A DNA stretch of 64,000 bases from Gammaproteobacteria bacterium (GCA_046290385.1 JBKAGM010000001.1:1026-65025); one strand, 5' to 3'. Numbered from the stretch's first letter, positions 19,821 to 30,786 are shown. Numbers and translations: made by a program. Notes: generated by a model not told the origin, from the letters alone.

Positions 19821-20855
19821 TTAGGACTGAATACTTGCTCTGTATTTTTCTGCGTCCCAATTGATGAGCGCATTCATTTCATCTTCAGTTAAATATCGGA
19901 TTTTCTCATGACCGTGCAGCTTGGATAAGAGCATCGCCTGGCACCACAACATTTCTTCAAGAGATTGTGAGGCTTGCTGATTTAATACAACACCTTTCTG
20001 CTCGATCACCACATAATCAGGAGGTTTATTATATATTTTTGTGTAACCATCAACAACCTGAGAAAACGATTCGCCTTTTTTCACCACGCAAGGAAACTTG
20101 CCAAGAAAGACGACATGATCGGGATACACTGCCCCTTTTTGAATGAATTTAAAGCAGGTTGGATCTGTTGCCAGCTGATGGATGATAGAATGATTTGGCA
20201 TTTTTCTTTCAAATTGCTCAGTTTTAGGTAGATTCGTCAATTGAGTGGTATCTGATAGGGCACGTGAGGGTTGCTCGAGTAATGTTTCGAGTTGATTTAA
20301 TTTTTCCCAAGCCTGCTGGATGCTGCCTGCTCCTATCACAACACCATGATTGGCTAAAAATAAAATATCTGCATCACATTCGTCTAAAGTGGCTTTGATT
20401 GACTTTGTCAAAGGTAAGCCTGGTTTGACGTAGGGAATCCAGCGCCATTTTTCAGAGAGGCTTTCAAGGCGTTTATTGAGCAATTCCTCACCATTCTCTT
20501 GTACTAGCCAAAAGAGTGCATTGACTGAATGTACATGCGCCACACAGGTATGTGGCATTAATAGGTGCATTGCCGTTTCTATGGATGGGGGCATATTACT
20601 TTCACATAACAGATATTGCTTAATATCTGGAACAGAGTCTGTCGCATCTGATTGGTATGCTGAAATAGATACGGGAAGAAAAATCGGTTTTTCTAGGGCG
20701 TGGGCTAGCCATTGCCCCGAGGCCTTTACCCAGCAAATATCACCTTGTTTAATAGATATATTTCCACCGGCGCCTTGCACTAGGGAACGCGTTTGTCCAA
20801 TCTTAGCCGATAGTGTATTAAGTTCATTTGGGATAGTCAGTGCTTCGGTATTCAT
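19821..20855 (-). CDS. class II aldolase/adducin-family protein with an extra C-terminal domain
   Basis: GAGGNIS, the HxH pair (HVHS) and LANHG motifs typical of the FucA/AraD fold. Confidence 0.5.
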   Translation of the reverse strand: MNTEALTIPNELNTLSAKIGQTRSLVQGAGGNISIKQGDICWVKASGQWLAHALEKPIFLPVSISAYQSDATDSVPDIKQYLLCESNMPPSIETAMHLLMPHTCVAHVHSVNALFWLVQENGEELLNKRLESLSEKWRWIPYVKPGLPLTKSIKATLDECDADILFLANHGVVIGAGSIQQAWEKLNQLETLLEQPSRALSDTTQLTNLPKTEQFERKMPNHSIIHQLATDPTCFKFIQKGAVYPDHVVFLGKFPCVVKKGESFSQVVDGYTKIYNKPPDYVVIEQKGVVLNQQASQSLEEMLWCQAMLLSKLHGHEKIRYLTEDEMNALINWDAEKYRASIQS

Positions 20856-20931
20856 GTATGAAAGTTTATCATCAAACTCGCGGTTGTACCAAGTCTAGGT
20901 TTTCACTTAGAATGGACATTCTGTTACAGGC

Positions 20932-21351
20932 ATGGTCATTATGGCAATACAAAAAGCGGTTAAAATAAAAACGCAGGGTAGAGGAATTTACGACATTACT
21001 GATCAAGTAGCGCAATGTGTTTCTCAATCAGTGAATGCCGGTTTGTGTCACGTATTTTGTCAACATACCTCTGCGTCATTAATTTTATGTGAGAATTACG
21101 ATGGTGACGTTAAAATAGATATTGAAACGTTTTTTTTAAACTTAGTAAAAGATGGCGACCCACGTTTTAAACATACCATAGAAGGTCCTGATGATATGGC
21201 CGCCCATATTCGCACTTTACTTACACAGAGCAGTTTGACAATTCCTATCGTTGACGCCCAACTAGGTTTGGGTACATGGCAAGGTGTATGTCTTTATGAA
21301 CACCGGTTACATTCACATGATCGACAGATCGTGATCACAATAACAGAATGA
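20932..21351 (+). CDS. YjbQ/UPF0047 family protein
   Basis: 139 aa; conserved C.H...SL motif (CQHTSASL). Confidence 0.65.
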   Translation: MVIMAIQKAVKIKTQGRGIYDITDQVAQCVSQSVNAGLCHVFCQHTSASLILCENYDGDVKIDIETFFLNLVKDGDPRFKHTIEGPDDMAAHIRTLLTQSSLTIPIVDAQLGLGTWQGVCLYEHRLHSHDRQIVITITE

Positions 21352-21361
21352 GCGAATAGAT

Positions 21362-21880
21362 ATGAGTAAAAAATTGTTGATAGCAAAGATAACCACACCG
21401 CTTGGTCCTATGGCTGCTATTGTTGATGATGACTATCTTTACTTGCTCGAATTTGAAGATTGTAAAGGTCTGGAGAAAGAGGTTGATCGTCTGAAAAAAA
21501 GCATGAGAGCTGAGATAGTTTCAGGAAGAACGAGGATTACGGATCAGATAGAGCGAGAGCTGGAAGGCTATTTTAAAGGACAATCTTTTGTGTTTAGCAC
21601 GCCTTGTTTTTTACTAGGCTCTGATTTTCAAAAAGCAGTTTGGAAAGAATTACGAAAAATTCCTGCGGGAAAAACGCGTTCATATGTTGATATTGCCAAT
21701 AGTATAGGTAAGCTAAAAGCTTATCGTGCTGTGGCAAATGCAAATGGCGCCAATCAATTGGCATTGATTGTTCCTTGCCATCGTGTGATTAATAAAAATG
21801 GTCAACTAGGTGGTTATGCCGGTGGTGTAGATAAAAAAACTTGGTTGTTGGCGCATGAAAAAGGAGGTGGTTATGTCTAA
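21362..21880 (+). CDS. ogt: methylated-DNA--protein-cysteine methyltransferase
   Basis: active-site PCHRV motif; HTH-like DNA-binding region upstream of it. Confidence 0.85.
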   Translation: MSKKLLIAKITTPLGPMAAIVDDDYLYLLEFEDCKGLEKEVDRLKKSMRAEIVSGRTRITDQIERELEGYFKGQSFVFSTPCFLLGSDFQKAVWKELRKIPAGKTRSYVDIANSIGKLKAYRAVANANGANQLALIVPCHRVINKNGQLGGYAGGVDKKTWLLAHEKGGGYV

Positions 21881-22166
21881 ACAACATACTGTTATTGCAG
21901 TGCTAGAAGCAAATCCAGGAAAAGAATTTGAATTAGAATCAGCTTTACAGGTTGTTGCTGAATATAGTCGTGCGGAAAGTGCAAATATAGAGTATCGATT
22001 GCATAAAAGCACAGATAATCCACGGCAGTTCATTTTATATGAAAATTGGGCTAGTAAAGAAAAACATCAAGAGCAGTTTGATAAACCTTATATCAAAGAG
22101 TTGGCAGAAAAGCTTGGTTCTATGTTAGCTAAACCGTATGAGGCTTATATCTCAGAGGAAATCTAA
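21873..22166 (+). CDS. antibiotic-biosynthesis-monooxygenase (ABM) domain protein
   Basis: ~97 aa ferredoxin-like ABM fold; aggagg RBS; 8-nt overlap with ogt. Confidence 0.55.
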   Translation: MSKQHTVIAVLEANPGKEFELESALQVVAEYSRAESANIEYRLHKSTDNPRQFILYENWASKEKHQEQFDKPYIKELAEKLGSMLAKPYEAYISEEI

Positions 22167-22205
22167 AGTTGAAAAATATGATTTTATTAATAAAGGAGAA
22201 GAGTT

Positions 22206-22550
22206 GTGACTGATCATTATAAGGCTATTACTAAAGATATTTCGCACCACATAGGAAAGCTGCGTCAAGCGATCCCAGATGTGATGTCAGGTTTCAGTGC
22301 AATGGCGCAAGGGGCAACAAAAGATGGCGCGTTAGATAAAAAAACGAAGGAGCTCATCGCTTTGGCACTAGGTGTTGCCGCACGTTGCGATGGCTGTATT
22401 GGTTTTCATACACAGGCGTTAGCTAAATTAGGCGCAACAGAAGAGGAAGTTACTGAAACTCTTGGCATGGCTATTTATATGGGCGGCGGGCCATCGTTGA
22501 TGTACGCGGCACAGGCAATTAAAGCTTTTACAGAAGCGATGTCTGAGTAG
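22206..22550 (+). CDS. carboxymuconolactone decarboxylase/AhpD-like family protein
   Basis: CxxC-H motif CDGCIGFH, typical of AhpD-like proteins. Confidence 0.7.
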   Translation: MTDHYKAITKDISHHIGKLRQAIPDVMSGFSAMAQGATKDGALDKKTKELIALALGVAARCDGCIGFHTQALAKLGATEEEVTETLGMAIYMGGGPSLMYAAQAIKAFTEAMSE

Positions 22551-22560
22551 TCGTTGATAC

Positions 22561-23679
22561 TCAGCTTCTTTTGATAAGCGTGCGTATTGCTGGGTCTAGC
22601 AATCTGGTGATTCCCAGATCGTCTACATATACGAAGTCTTTTCGCATAAGTTTGTTAATGGCTTCTTTCTGACTGGCTAGCGTTAATTTTGTTCGCATTA
22701 AACATTTATGTGCGTATGGTTGGTTGGTTGGATTTTTAGCAAATTCATTCAATACAATCTTTTGATTATTGCTGAGAAGGGCAATGTCATAGGCAATAAC
22801 AGCCTGCTGCGTATCAATATAGTGTTTCCAAAACTCTTGAATCTTAGTAGGTGTTGGGATTTGATTTTTATCCCAAAAATATTTGCAAATCAAACTGACA
22901 TAATAATCGTGACAATCAGACGTCTTCATGATTTCATTTATGGCATCATCTGTTAGTCGTTTTTTCCATTTCTTGGTAGCTTTGTCCTGAATAAAATGAA
23001 TATGATCTTCTTCCTTAATGCGTTTGATAGTTATGGTTGTACATAGCCGATAGAATGGCCTGCTTTTGGAGCTAAACATTTGTAGTAGCATGTGTCTGTT
23101 GCTGCCAGAAAATATATAACTGACGTTTTGGCTTCTTTCAACAGCATGTCTGATGCTGGCCTCAACAACATGCTGATCTTTGAGATCACCTATTTGTTGA
23201 AATTCATCCATAAAAACAACTACTCGCTTTTTTGCGAGCTGGGCTGCTTTATCAAGATTGACTAGAGTATCGCAAATTGTTGTTTCAAACATATGCTCGC
23301 TTGGTGGTGCATGAAAGATGATTTTTTGTCCTATGCCAGATAAGACAAGATCAGGCCGCAGTGACTTAAAAAGATGTAATATCTTTTCTTTTGCCTTTTT
23401 AGTTTTTGGAAGGAGTTCTAATAATAGTTTGCCAACTTTTTCAAGAATTCGTTGCTGTACCGCCTCGGGTGTTGCTGTCAACAAAAAGTCGATTTCGCAA
23501 TAGAGCAAATTTGCCTCATTCAAAGTTTGAGTGATCAGGCTTGTTTTATCATATCCCCTTGGCGCTAATACAACACTATGTTTGCCAGTGATGATATTTG
23601 TTTTGAGGATTTTTCTCTCGCTTACCCTATTACAGAATGTCGCACCGGTAGCGATTCCAATCGGAAATATATTGACCAT
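22561..23679 (-). CDS. AAA/Arch-type ATPase (DUF234-like), stand-alone
   Basis: N-terminal P-loop-like PRGYDKTSL; Walker B-like VVFMDEFQ. Confidence 0.45.
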   Translation of the reverse strand: MVNIFPIGIATGATFCNRVSERKILKTNIITGKHSVVLAPRGYDKTSLITQTLNEANLLYCEIDFLLTATPEAVQQRILEKVGKLLLELLPKTKKAKEKILHLFKSLRPDLVLSGIGQKIIFHAPPSEHMFETTICDTLVNLDKAAQLAKKRVVVFMDEFQQIGDLKDQHVVEASIRHAVERSQNVSYIFSGSNRHMLLQMFSSKSRPFYRLCTTITIKRIKEEDHIHFIQDKATKKWKKRLTDDAINEIMKTSDCHDYYVSLICKYFWDKNQIPTPTKIQEFWKHYIDTQQAVIAYDIALLSNNQKIVLNEFAKNPTNQPYAHKCLMRTKLTLASQKEAINKLMRKDFVYVDDLGITRLLDPAIRTLIKRS

Positions 23680-23894
23680 ATCAAATCCTGTGTAAAGTTA
23701 CATATCGTTATTATATAAAGTATACTTTGCAAGTGTGTAATTTTCAACAATAGTATCATACATAATATTATGCTATTTGTTTTTTGTTCATTGTAGAGTT
23801 AGATTTAAGAAAGAAAAATTTAGTAATAATATGTGGGATTTGATTCTTATTCTGGTTGACAAAACAGAATGAGAGCCTTAGATCGGTTTTTTAA

Positions 23895-24677
23895 TCATTC
23901 TTTTAATTTTTCTTGTAAGTTAATTAATACACGATCAAACGAGTTTACCCGAATAAAGCCTATACGTGGATACTCCATGTCGATAATAGAAAAAATGACT
24001 ACTGTTATTACAAGTGAAAAAATTATGATATGCAGAGGACTGACTTTTCTTTTTTCAAAAATAGTAGAACCGACTAAAAAGGCTGATATCAAAGCAATAA
24101 ACACTAACAAAAAGAAAAGATAATATGGCGGATGCATTTTGACTAAATTGATCCTTGTGTTAGCTATATCAAAAACTTCATTTACCGTCGGTAAAATTAA
24201 CAGATAATCGTAAGGTGATTTAGATTGAGAAATATTTGTAATAATATCTTTCCATAATTTATCTTGAGCAGCTAATGATTTTAAGTAATAAGATCGTGCA
24301 GCATTTATATCAGGTAATGCGCTATAAATTTTGAGGCGTAAATCTAAATAACTTCTGAGATCTTGATTTAGCACATTTTGAGCATTGGGATGTAGTAAAC
24401 TGAATCTTAAATGTAACGTACTAATGGCATTAGCTTCATTAATCATTAAAGTACGACGTTGATCGAATTTAGTTAAAGCGCCAGAAAATGTAAATGCCAA
24501 TAGTAAGCCAAGTAAAGCAAAAATCGCGCTTTGCGTGACTTGAATACCCTCGTTTTTTCGACTGACTGATCGTGATTCTAGCCATAAGGCATACTTACGC
24601 CCAAAGTATATAAATGACAATATGAGTAAAAAAAGACAAATTAGAAACAATATGCCAAAAATCGTAAAAATGTCCAT
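23895..24677 (-). CDS. hypothetical membrane protein
   Basis: 260 aa; N-terminal and central TM segments; no recognisable motif. Confidence 0.35.
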   Translation of the reverse strand: MDIFTIFGILFLICLFLLILSFIYFGRKYALWLESRSVSRKNEGIQVTQSAIFALLGLLLAFTFSGALTKFDQRRTLMINEANAISTLHLRFSLLHPNAQNVLNQDLRSYLDLRLKIYSALPDINAARSYYLKSLAAQDKLWKDIITNISQSKSPYDYLLILPTVNEVFDIANTRINLVKMHPPYYLFFLLVFIALISAFLVGSTIFEKRKVSPLHIIIFSLVITVVIFSIIDMEYPRIGFIRVNSFDRVLINLQEKLKE

Positions 24678-24965
24678 TTTATACTCTCTATTAATTTATA
24701 CCCTCTAGTCTAACTATTTTTTTAACGACTATTCACGAGGCTTCTTTTCATTATACTTTCGAATACTAATGCTATCAATAAATGGAAAACTGCTCGATTA
24801 AGTAAAGTAGGTACTTCTGACAAGCCGCTGATATCAAAGGATGCGACAATTTTTGTCATTTTTAATGAAAAATTCCTAAAAACCCTAAAATTTAGTGTAA
24901 TACCATGATTTATACAAGCTTTTGATGTATTATACTCGACCTTAAAATAATAACTAAGAGCCGCC

Positions 24966-26516
24966 ATGTTACAAAGAATTAGCCATTTTTTATTACCTGC
25001 CAACGGAAGATGGCATATTGATTTTTTCTCAGGGCTGACGGTTGCCCTAGCCTTGATTCCAGAAGCTATTGCTTTTGCGTTAGTAGCGCATGTTAACCCC
25101 TTAGTTGGACTGTATTCTGCTTTCTTCATGTGTTTGATAACCGCATTGATAGGGGGTAGGCCAGGCATGATATCTGGAGCCACGGGTTCAATGGCTGTGG
25201 TCATTGTTTCGTTGGTCAGCCAACATGGAATCGATTACTTGTTTGCTACGATTGTATTAACCGGTATTTTGCAAATAGTAATAGGTCTGTTGCGCTTAGG
25301 TAAACTTATTCGTATTCTGCCTAAACCAGTGATGGTTGGATTTGTGAATGGTTTGGCTATTGTTATTTTTTTAGCTCAGCTAGAGCAATTTAAAGTGCAT
25401 AGCGCTTCAGGCGCTTCTCAATGGCTTAGTGGAGATAGTTTATATTGGATGATTGGTTTGGTAGTTTTAGCTATGATAGTGACACATTACCTGCCACGAT
25501 TCACCAAAAAACTGCCGGCAGCTCTTCTGGCTATTCTCACGGTGACTGCTGTTGTGCATATCTTTCATTTAAATGTTCGTGTAGTGGATGATATGATGAT
25601 TGGCCATCAAATTTCAGCAGGATTACCCGTTGTTGCTTGGTTACATATTCCTTTTAATGTCACAACATTCAAAATAATTGTTCCTTATGCTGTGATCCTA
25701 TCTATTATTGGTTTATCTGAATCCTTAATGACACTTTCATTAATCGATGAAATAACTCAAACTCGAGGCCGTGCAAATAAAGAATGTATTGCTCAAGGCA
25801 TTGCAAATGTTGTTTGTGGTTTTTTTAAAGGTATGGGTGGCTGTGTCATGCTGGGTCAAAGTATGATTAATATAAATTCTGGAGGTCGTGGCAGGCTTTC
25901 TGGAATTGTGGCAGGTCTCGCTTTGATCTCTTTTGTTCTCGTGTTTTGGTCGGCTATTAAATTGATCCCATTAGCCGCATTAGTTGGTGTCATGTTCATG
26001 GTTGTCATTGAAACATTTGAATGGGCCACCTTCAAATTTATTCGTAAAATTCCAAGACATGATGCATTCGTTATTGTTGTCGTAACAGCCGTTACTGTGA
26101 TGACTAATCTAGCGATTGCTGTAGTCATAGGGGTTATTATTGCTGCATTAGTATTTGCTTGGCAAACAGCTAAAAATATTTATGCGGACAAAAAAATCAA
26201 TGAAACCGGAGCCAAAGAATATCAGTTGTTTGGTCCATTATTTTTTGGGTCAGTATCAAAATTTAAGTTATTATTTGATATTGAGCATGATCCAAAAGAG
26301 GTAATTATCGACTTTGCTCATTCACGGGTAGCTGACCATTCTGCCATTGATGCGATACAGTCGATTACTGAACGGTACCTTGAGTTGGGCAAAAATCTGC
26401 ATTTGCGCCATTTAAGTCCCGAATGCAAATTACTCTTAGGAAAGGCTGGGAATATGGTAGAAGCGAATGTATTGGAAGATCCAGATTATCACGTTGCAAC
26501 GGATCAATTAGCATAG
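24966..26516 (+). CDS. SulP-family anion permease with a C-terminal STAS domain
   Basis: 516 aa; polytopic; C-terminal STAS-like domain. Confidence 0.8.
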   Translation: MLQRISHFLLPANGRWHIDFFSGLTVALALIPEAIAFALVAHVNPLVGLYSAFFMCLITALIGGRPGMISGATGSMAVVIVSLVSQHGIDYLFATIVLTGILQIVIGLLRLGKLIRILPKPVMVGFVNGLAIVIFLAQLEQFKVHSASGASQWLSGDSLYWMIGLVVLAMIVTHYLPRFTKKLPAALLAILTVTAVVHIFHLNVRVVDDMMIGHQISAGLPVVAWLHIPFNVTTFKIIVPYAVILSIIGLSESLMTLSLIDEITQTRGRANKECIAQGIANVVCGFFKGMGGCVMLGQSMININSGGRGRLSGIVAGLALISFVLVFWSAIKLIPLAALVGVMFMVVIETFEWATFKFIRKIPRHDAFVIVVVTAVTVMTNLAIAVVIGVIIAALVFAWQTAKNIYADKKINETGAKEYQLFGPLFFGSVSKFKLLFDIEHDPKEVIIDFAHSRVADHSAIDAIQSITERYLELGKNLHLRHLSPECKLLLGKAGNMVEANVLEDPDYHVATDQLA

Positions 26517-26621
26517 CCAATCTACAGGCTAAAATTTTCTATCATTTTACTGATTGTTAGCTAATTAATGCTTAGTTTATTTAATCTTTTTTAACCAAAA
26601 TTCTGTCCTAATGTCTATCTG

Positions 26622-27095
26622 GATCTGTCAAAATTGAGCGCGTTCGACATAATCTTTAACTGCTTGAATTTGATTTAGTTTTCAGTGGTAAATAATTCGT
26701 TGAAATTTTGAATTTTAGACGTGAGTATTTTGCGACGTTTAGCGCGAGTTTTATTTTTCATGTGCTTGCTATCACGATGCTTCGTTCTGCTACCAAAAAA
26801 ATTTTTGATTGCGGGAATGAGCGCAGGTTCTTTATCTGTGGTAATTTGAGCTCGAATAATCTCTGTTGTCTCATCGCTTGCTTAAAAAATACTTCTGCTG
26901 ATTTTTTCGCTAACAACATTTAAGTATAAATCTATTAATAGCCTAACCCTGCTTTGCGAGTAATTCCAGACGTCTTTTTTGAGTGGCAATGAGGACAGTT
27001 CATAATATTTTTCTTCAACAACATCATTTGTAATTATATTCCTATCAGCAACATGCTACAAATTAAAATATTGAGATGAGTTTTGACAAAACCAT
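26622..27095 (-). mobile_element. IS6-family insertion sequence remnant (copy A, internally deleted)
   Basis: Terminal IRs ctgtcaaaattgagcg (26624-26639) and gagttttgacaaaacc (27078-27093). The transposase start region is the reverse complement of 28756-28823. 26760-26940 matches the transposase 3' part and 26655-26760 matches the IS 3' non-coding end; both are also seen at 42925-43035. Confidence 0.6.
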
Positions 27096-27280
27096 AAAAT
27101 TACTCTTGTTAATGTTTGGAAAATTTTAGAGAATATTTTCCGGTTTTTCTTAAAGTAAGGTGTTTTAATGTTTTTAAAAACTAAAAAGTTAGTTGTGACA
27201 CGATTTTTAAATACAATTGTTTTAATTTTTACTGTCAGATAAAAAATATATCTATTGAAATTAATTTTTAATATTTTGAG

Positions 27281-27345
27281 AAATCGAGAGCAACTAAATA
27301 TAAATTTAAATATTTCTTAAATTTATATTTAGTTGCTCTCGATTT
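27281..27345. terminator. perfect 29-bp-stem hairpin, probably a bidirectional intrinsic terminator
   Basis: aaatcgagagcaactaaatataaatttaa / ttaaatttatatttagttgctctcgattt with a 7-nt loop, flanked by T-runs on both strands. Confidence 0.55.
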
Positions 27346-27676
27346 GTATTTTTTATAGAACTAACCGTATAATTTCAATTATATGAATAACTTCAAAAAT
27401 TATATTGAGTTAGGAGGTTTGGATTCTTTTGGTGTTTCTGAGTTTTTATGGAAATTTTCTCCTGTTTTATGCCCAAAAAATCCGGCAGCAAACCCTATGC
27501 TAAAATCTTTTACTGCCTGATGTACTTCTGGCTTAGAAGAATAGTTCTTTACTGATTTAAAAAATAATGTGAAACATTGTCTAAACATGTGGTATCCTCC
27601 TATTTGTTGTGGACAACAGATATATTTTTATATAAATTACATAAAAAAGAATGGGTAAAACTACGTAGGTAAAACT

Positions 27677-28480
27677 ATGATTATTCCTTTGCGATTACTT
27701 AATTTAGAAAAACATTCATTTATTACATCATCTGAACAAATTCGTAAAATTGCAAACCCTTTGATAATTTTAGGTATACGTCATTTTGCCTATCAGAGGA
27801 AACACAAGGATGGATCTGTTGAGCTGCTTGGAACACATCCTGACTTTACAAAAAAATTTATTGAAAATAAATTATATCGACATACGTTTTGTGGTGAAAT
27901 CGAAAATTATTCTAATTGCTATGCATTTTGGGAAGATATAGATTGTAAGGAGATAATTCAGCTTGCTAAAGAAAGTTCAAATTTAACAAACGGTATCGTT
28001 GCTACAAAACCTTCTAAGAATTATTGTGACTTTTATTACTTTGCATCCTCTCCTTCTGACTCACTTACTAAAACATTTTATATTAATAATATTGAGTTGT
28101 TGGAAAAATTTATACTATATTTTAATGAGGTTGCTAAACCAATACTTAGGGTTAGCAAAAGGCAAAGAATTTTATACCCTAACTCTAATGACTTGACATT
28201 ACTCGCCTCTAAAAACGTGTTAAATATTAATGAAAAAAGTTATAGTGTAGATAAAACCTTAGATGATTTTTATTATTTAGATTTAATGCATCTCACCAAA
28301 AAAGAAACTAAGATTTGCAAATATATTAAAAATGGATATAGCTCAAAAGAAATTGCTCAATTTGAAAAACTATCATATAGAACTGTAGAAAAGCACATAG
28401 ATCATATAAAACAAAAATTTATGTGTGATTCAATATTAAAATTGATACACAAATTAAATATATCACCAAAAAAACTCTAA
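27677..28480 (+). CDS. LuxR-family transcriptional regulator (solo type, no receiver domain)
   Basis: C-terminal LuxR-type HTH (ETKICKYIKNGYSSKEIAQFEKLSYRTVEKHIDHIKQKF); ~200-aa N-terminal putative ligand-binding domain. Confidence 0.7.
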   Translation: MIIPLRLLNLEKHSFITSSEQIRKIANPLIILGIRHFAYQRKHKDGSVELLGTHPDFTKKFIENKLYRHTFCGEIENYSNCYAFWEDIDCKEIIQLAKESSNLTNGIVATKPSKNYCDFYYFASSPSDSLTKTFYINNIELLEKFILYFNEVAKPILRVSKRQRILYPNSNDLTLLASKNVLNINEKSYSVDKTLDDFYYLDLMHLTKKETKICKYIKNGYSSKEIAQFEKLSYRTVEKHIDHIKQKFMCDSILKLIHKLNISPKKL

Positions 28481-28664
28481 TTTTTTTCTTTAGAAAATCA
28501 TAATTCAATACTGAATTAAAAAAAACTCTGGTTTCGAGTGCTGGCCATAAATTATGTCCTTGCAAAAAATGTCCATTTATAAAGTTATGTAACTTAATTG
28601 ATCGATTCAGAATTGTATCAAAATATTTATAAATATTAAGATATCTTTAAAATATTTCTTCTAG

Positions 28665-29610
28665 GGGTTTTTTCAAAACTCAGCCCAACATTTTAATTTG
28701 TAGCGTGTTTCTGATAAGAATATAATTACAAATGATGTTGTTGAAGAAAAATATTATGAACTGTCCTCATTGCCACTCAAAAAAGACGTCTGGAATTACT
28801 CGCAAAACAGGGTTAGGCTATTTGCAATATCGTTGTTCAGACTGCGGTAGGCAGTTTAATGAACGTAGCGGCACCCCACTGAATTTTATAGAGCATCCTA
28901 CCGAAGTGGTCATGATTGCCATTCATTACTATTATCGCTTTAAAGTTAGCCTGGATGATGTGGTGGAGCTCATGATGATGCGTGGATTTCATATGAGTCA
29001 TCAAATGGTTCATAACTGGACCAAACGTTTGGTGTTGACTTAGGGTTAAAATGTCATACAAAACGTAAAAGATTTTCTGGGAACAAGTGGCATGTTGATG
29101 CAACGTATTTACGTATTGAAGGTCGTTAGTGCTATTTCTACAGAGCGATAGATAAAGCAGGTTATTTAGTGGATGTCTACTTAAGTGATGTGCGTGATCA
29201 AAAATCAGCAGGAGCCTTTTTTAAACAAGCGATAGAAACAACAAGGATTATTCCAGTTCAAGTTACGACAAATAAAGGGCTTGTGCTTACTCTCGCAATT
29301 AAGAGTGTTTTTGGTCGTAAACGTAGCATCATGATAGTAAGCATATGAACAACTCTTGAGTAGCCCTATCGTGCTATTTAGTCACGCTATAAAGTTACAA
29401 AATTATTCAAAAACATTTTCAATGCCTTAATATTTTATAAGGCTATTGAAGAAGCATGCCGATTATTTCGCATGAAAATAAAACACCCACCACAAGCCCT
29501 AGAATACTCATGTAAAAATTTAAAATTTCAAAAAACACATTACCAAAGAAAACTAAACCAAGTTCAAGTGCTTAAATATTGCTCCGAAGGTGCAGAGTTT
29601 TTACAGAACC
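28665..29610 (+). mobile_element. IS6-family insertion sequence, full length (~945 bp)
   Basis: imperfect terminal IRs ggttttttcaaaactcagccc (left) and gcagagtttttacaga (right, reverse complement); internal IS6-type transposase gene. Confidence 0.7.
28732..29347 (+). pseudogene. IS6-family DDE transposase with an N-terminal zinc finger; disrupted
   Basis: WHVDATYLRI...YFYRAID...VDVYLS matches the IS26/IS6 core; a frameshift near 29040 and an in-frame TAG near 29126 break the reading frame. Confidence 0.7.
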
Positions 29611-29946
29611 TTATCGTCTAAAGATATGTTTCTTTTTCTTATTATGTAATGTGAAGAATAAATAATATTATAAGTAGGAGTCGTTACAAGTGAAATATAA
29701 AAATCAGTATTTTTTACGGTTATCTTTAAAAAATAAATAAATATAATTTGTATTACCTAAGTGAAAAACTACTTTTATAGAAATAAAAGTTTATATATGA
29801 ATTTATAATGGAGTTTGTTATGAATGTTGATTTGGCAAGAAATTTTCAAAGCTTCACTAAAACTAGAAATTTATTGAATTTCATGGGATATCCTAGTGCT
29901 GATTCCAAAGATTATAGTTTTTCTGAAGAATTTAAATCAGGGGGGC

Positions 29947-30786
29947 ACTATGGAAGCTTTCAAGTTGAATAATCTTAAACTTATTGAGGAAGCAATTAGT
30001 TTATCAAAACAATACAATATTGATATTGATCGATTTATTGAGTGTCGAGGAATCATGCGCTTACCTGATTCAGAGATTAGGGGAATGGTTGATTTATGTG
30101 CGGAATCTAAAAAAGGATTAGTAATGTCAATCGGTCCACGAGCTACAAATGATATAGGAGCTTTTTCATTTACTGAAAATGGTAAGCGTGTTGGTTATCG
30201 TAATCGAGGAATGGAAAATATTATCTATGCATTGGAAGAGGTGCAGCGCGGTATAGAACTAGGGGTTCGTGGATTTTTGTTATATGACGAAGGGTTATTG
30301 TATCTATTAAATAAAATGCGTGAGAAAGATGTACTTCCTAAAGAGATATCTTTCAAATACTCAGTGCATGCTGCCTGTAGTAATCCAATATCTGCAAGGT
30401 TACTAGAAGATAACGGAATTGATAGTATTAATTTAATGCCTGATGTTGATTTAAATATGTTATCAGCTTTTCGTAAAGCAGTGAGTGTCCCATTAGATCT
30501 ATTTTCAGATACTGCAAAAGCTGCTGGCGGGTTTATTCGAACTTATGAAGTAGCAGAAATGATACGACTTGCTTCACCGGTTTACTTAAAATGTGGTCCT
30601 GTTTCTCAGCCTCAGCAAAATCATTTGCCTTCGCCAGTGGAGTTAGAGGAAAGAGTAAAGCAAGCACGAAATGTGGTTGAGCATATTCAAAGATATTTAC
30701 CAGAAGCAAAACGTGTAAGCTCTAATGAATTTACATTAGCACTCCCAAAAACAGTTCTAGAATCCATCCAGAAAAAGGTTGCTTAA
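29947..30786 (+). CDS. hypothetical enzyme, possibly TIM-barrel-like; first gene of the cluster
   Basis: ~280 aa from MEAFKL; no confident family assignment. Confidence 0.35.
   Translation, partial: TMEAFKLNNLKLIEEAISLSKQYNIDIDRFIECRGIMRLPDSEIRGMVDLCAESKKGLVMSIGPRATNDIGAFSFTENGKRVGYRNRGMENIIYALEEVQRGIELGVRGFLLYDEGLLYLLNKMREKDVLPKEISFKYSVHAACSNPISARLLEDNGIDSINLMPDVDLNMLSAFRKAVSVPLDLFSDTAKAAGGFIRTYEVAEMIRLASPVYLKCGPVSQPQQNHLPSPVELEERVKQARNVVEHIQRYLPEAKRVSSNEFTLALPKTVLESIQKKVA

Noticed and set aside
24722-25204. 160-aa minus-strand ORF overlapping the SulP start
   Set aside because: It overlaps the 5' end of a strongly supported permease gene, has no motif and shows antisense composition.
26708-26923. 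71-aa ORF inside IS copy A; similar cases are 28837-29103, 43050-43274 and 43219-43428 inside the other IS copies
   Set aside because: These are alternative-frame or antisense readings of decayed transposase sequence, not independent genes.
29896-30786. Assignment of the first cluster gene as ComA (phosphosulfolactate synthase) to partner the ComB-like gene
   Set aside because: A direct comparison with the ComA sequence as I remember it showed no shared motifs. I left it as an unassigned enzyme.
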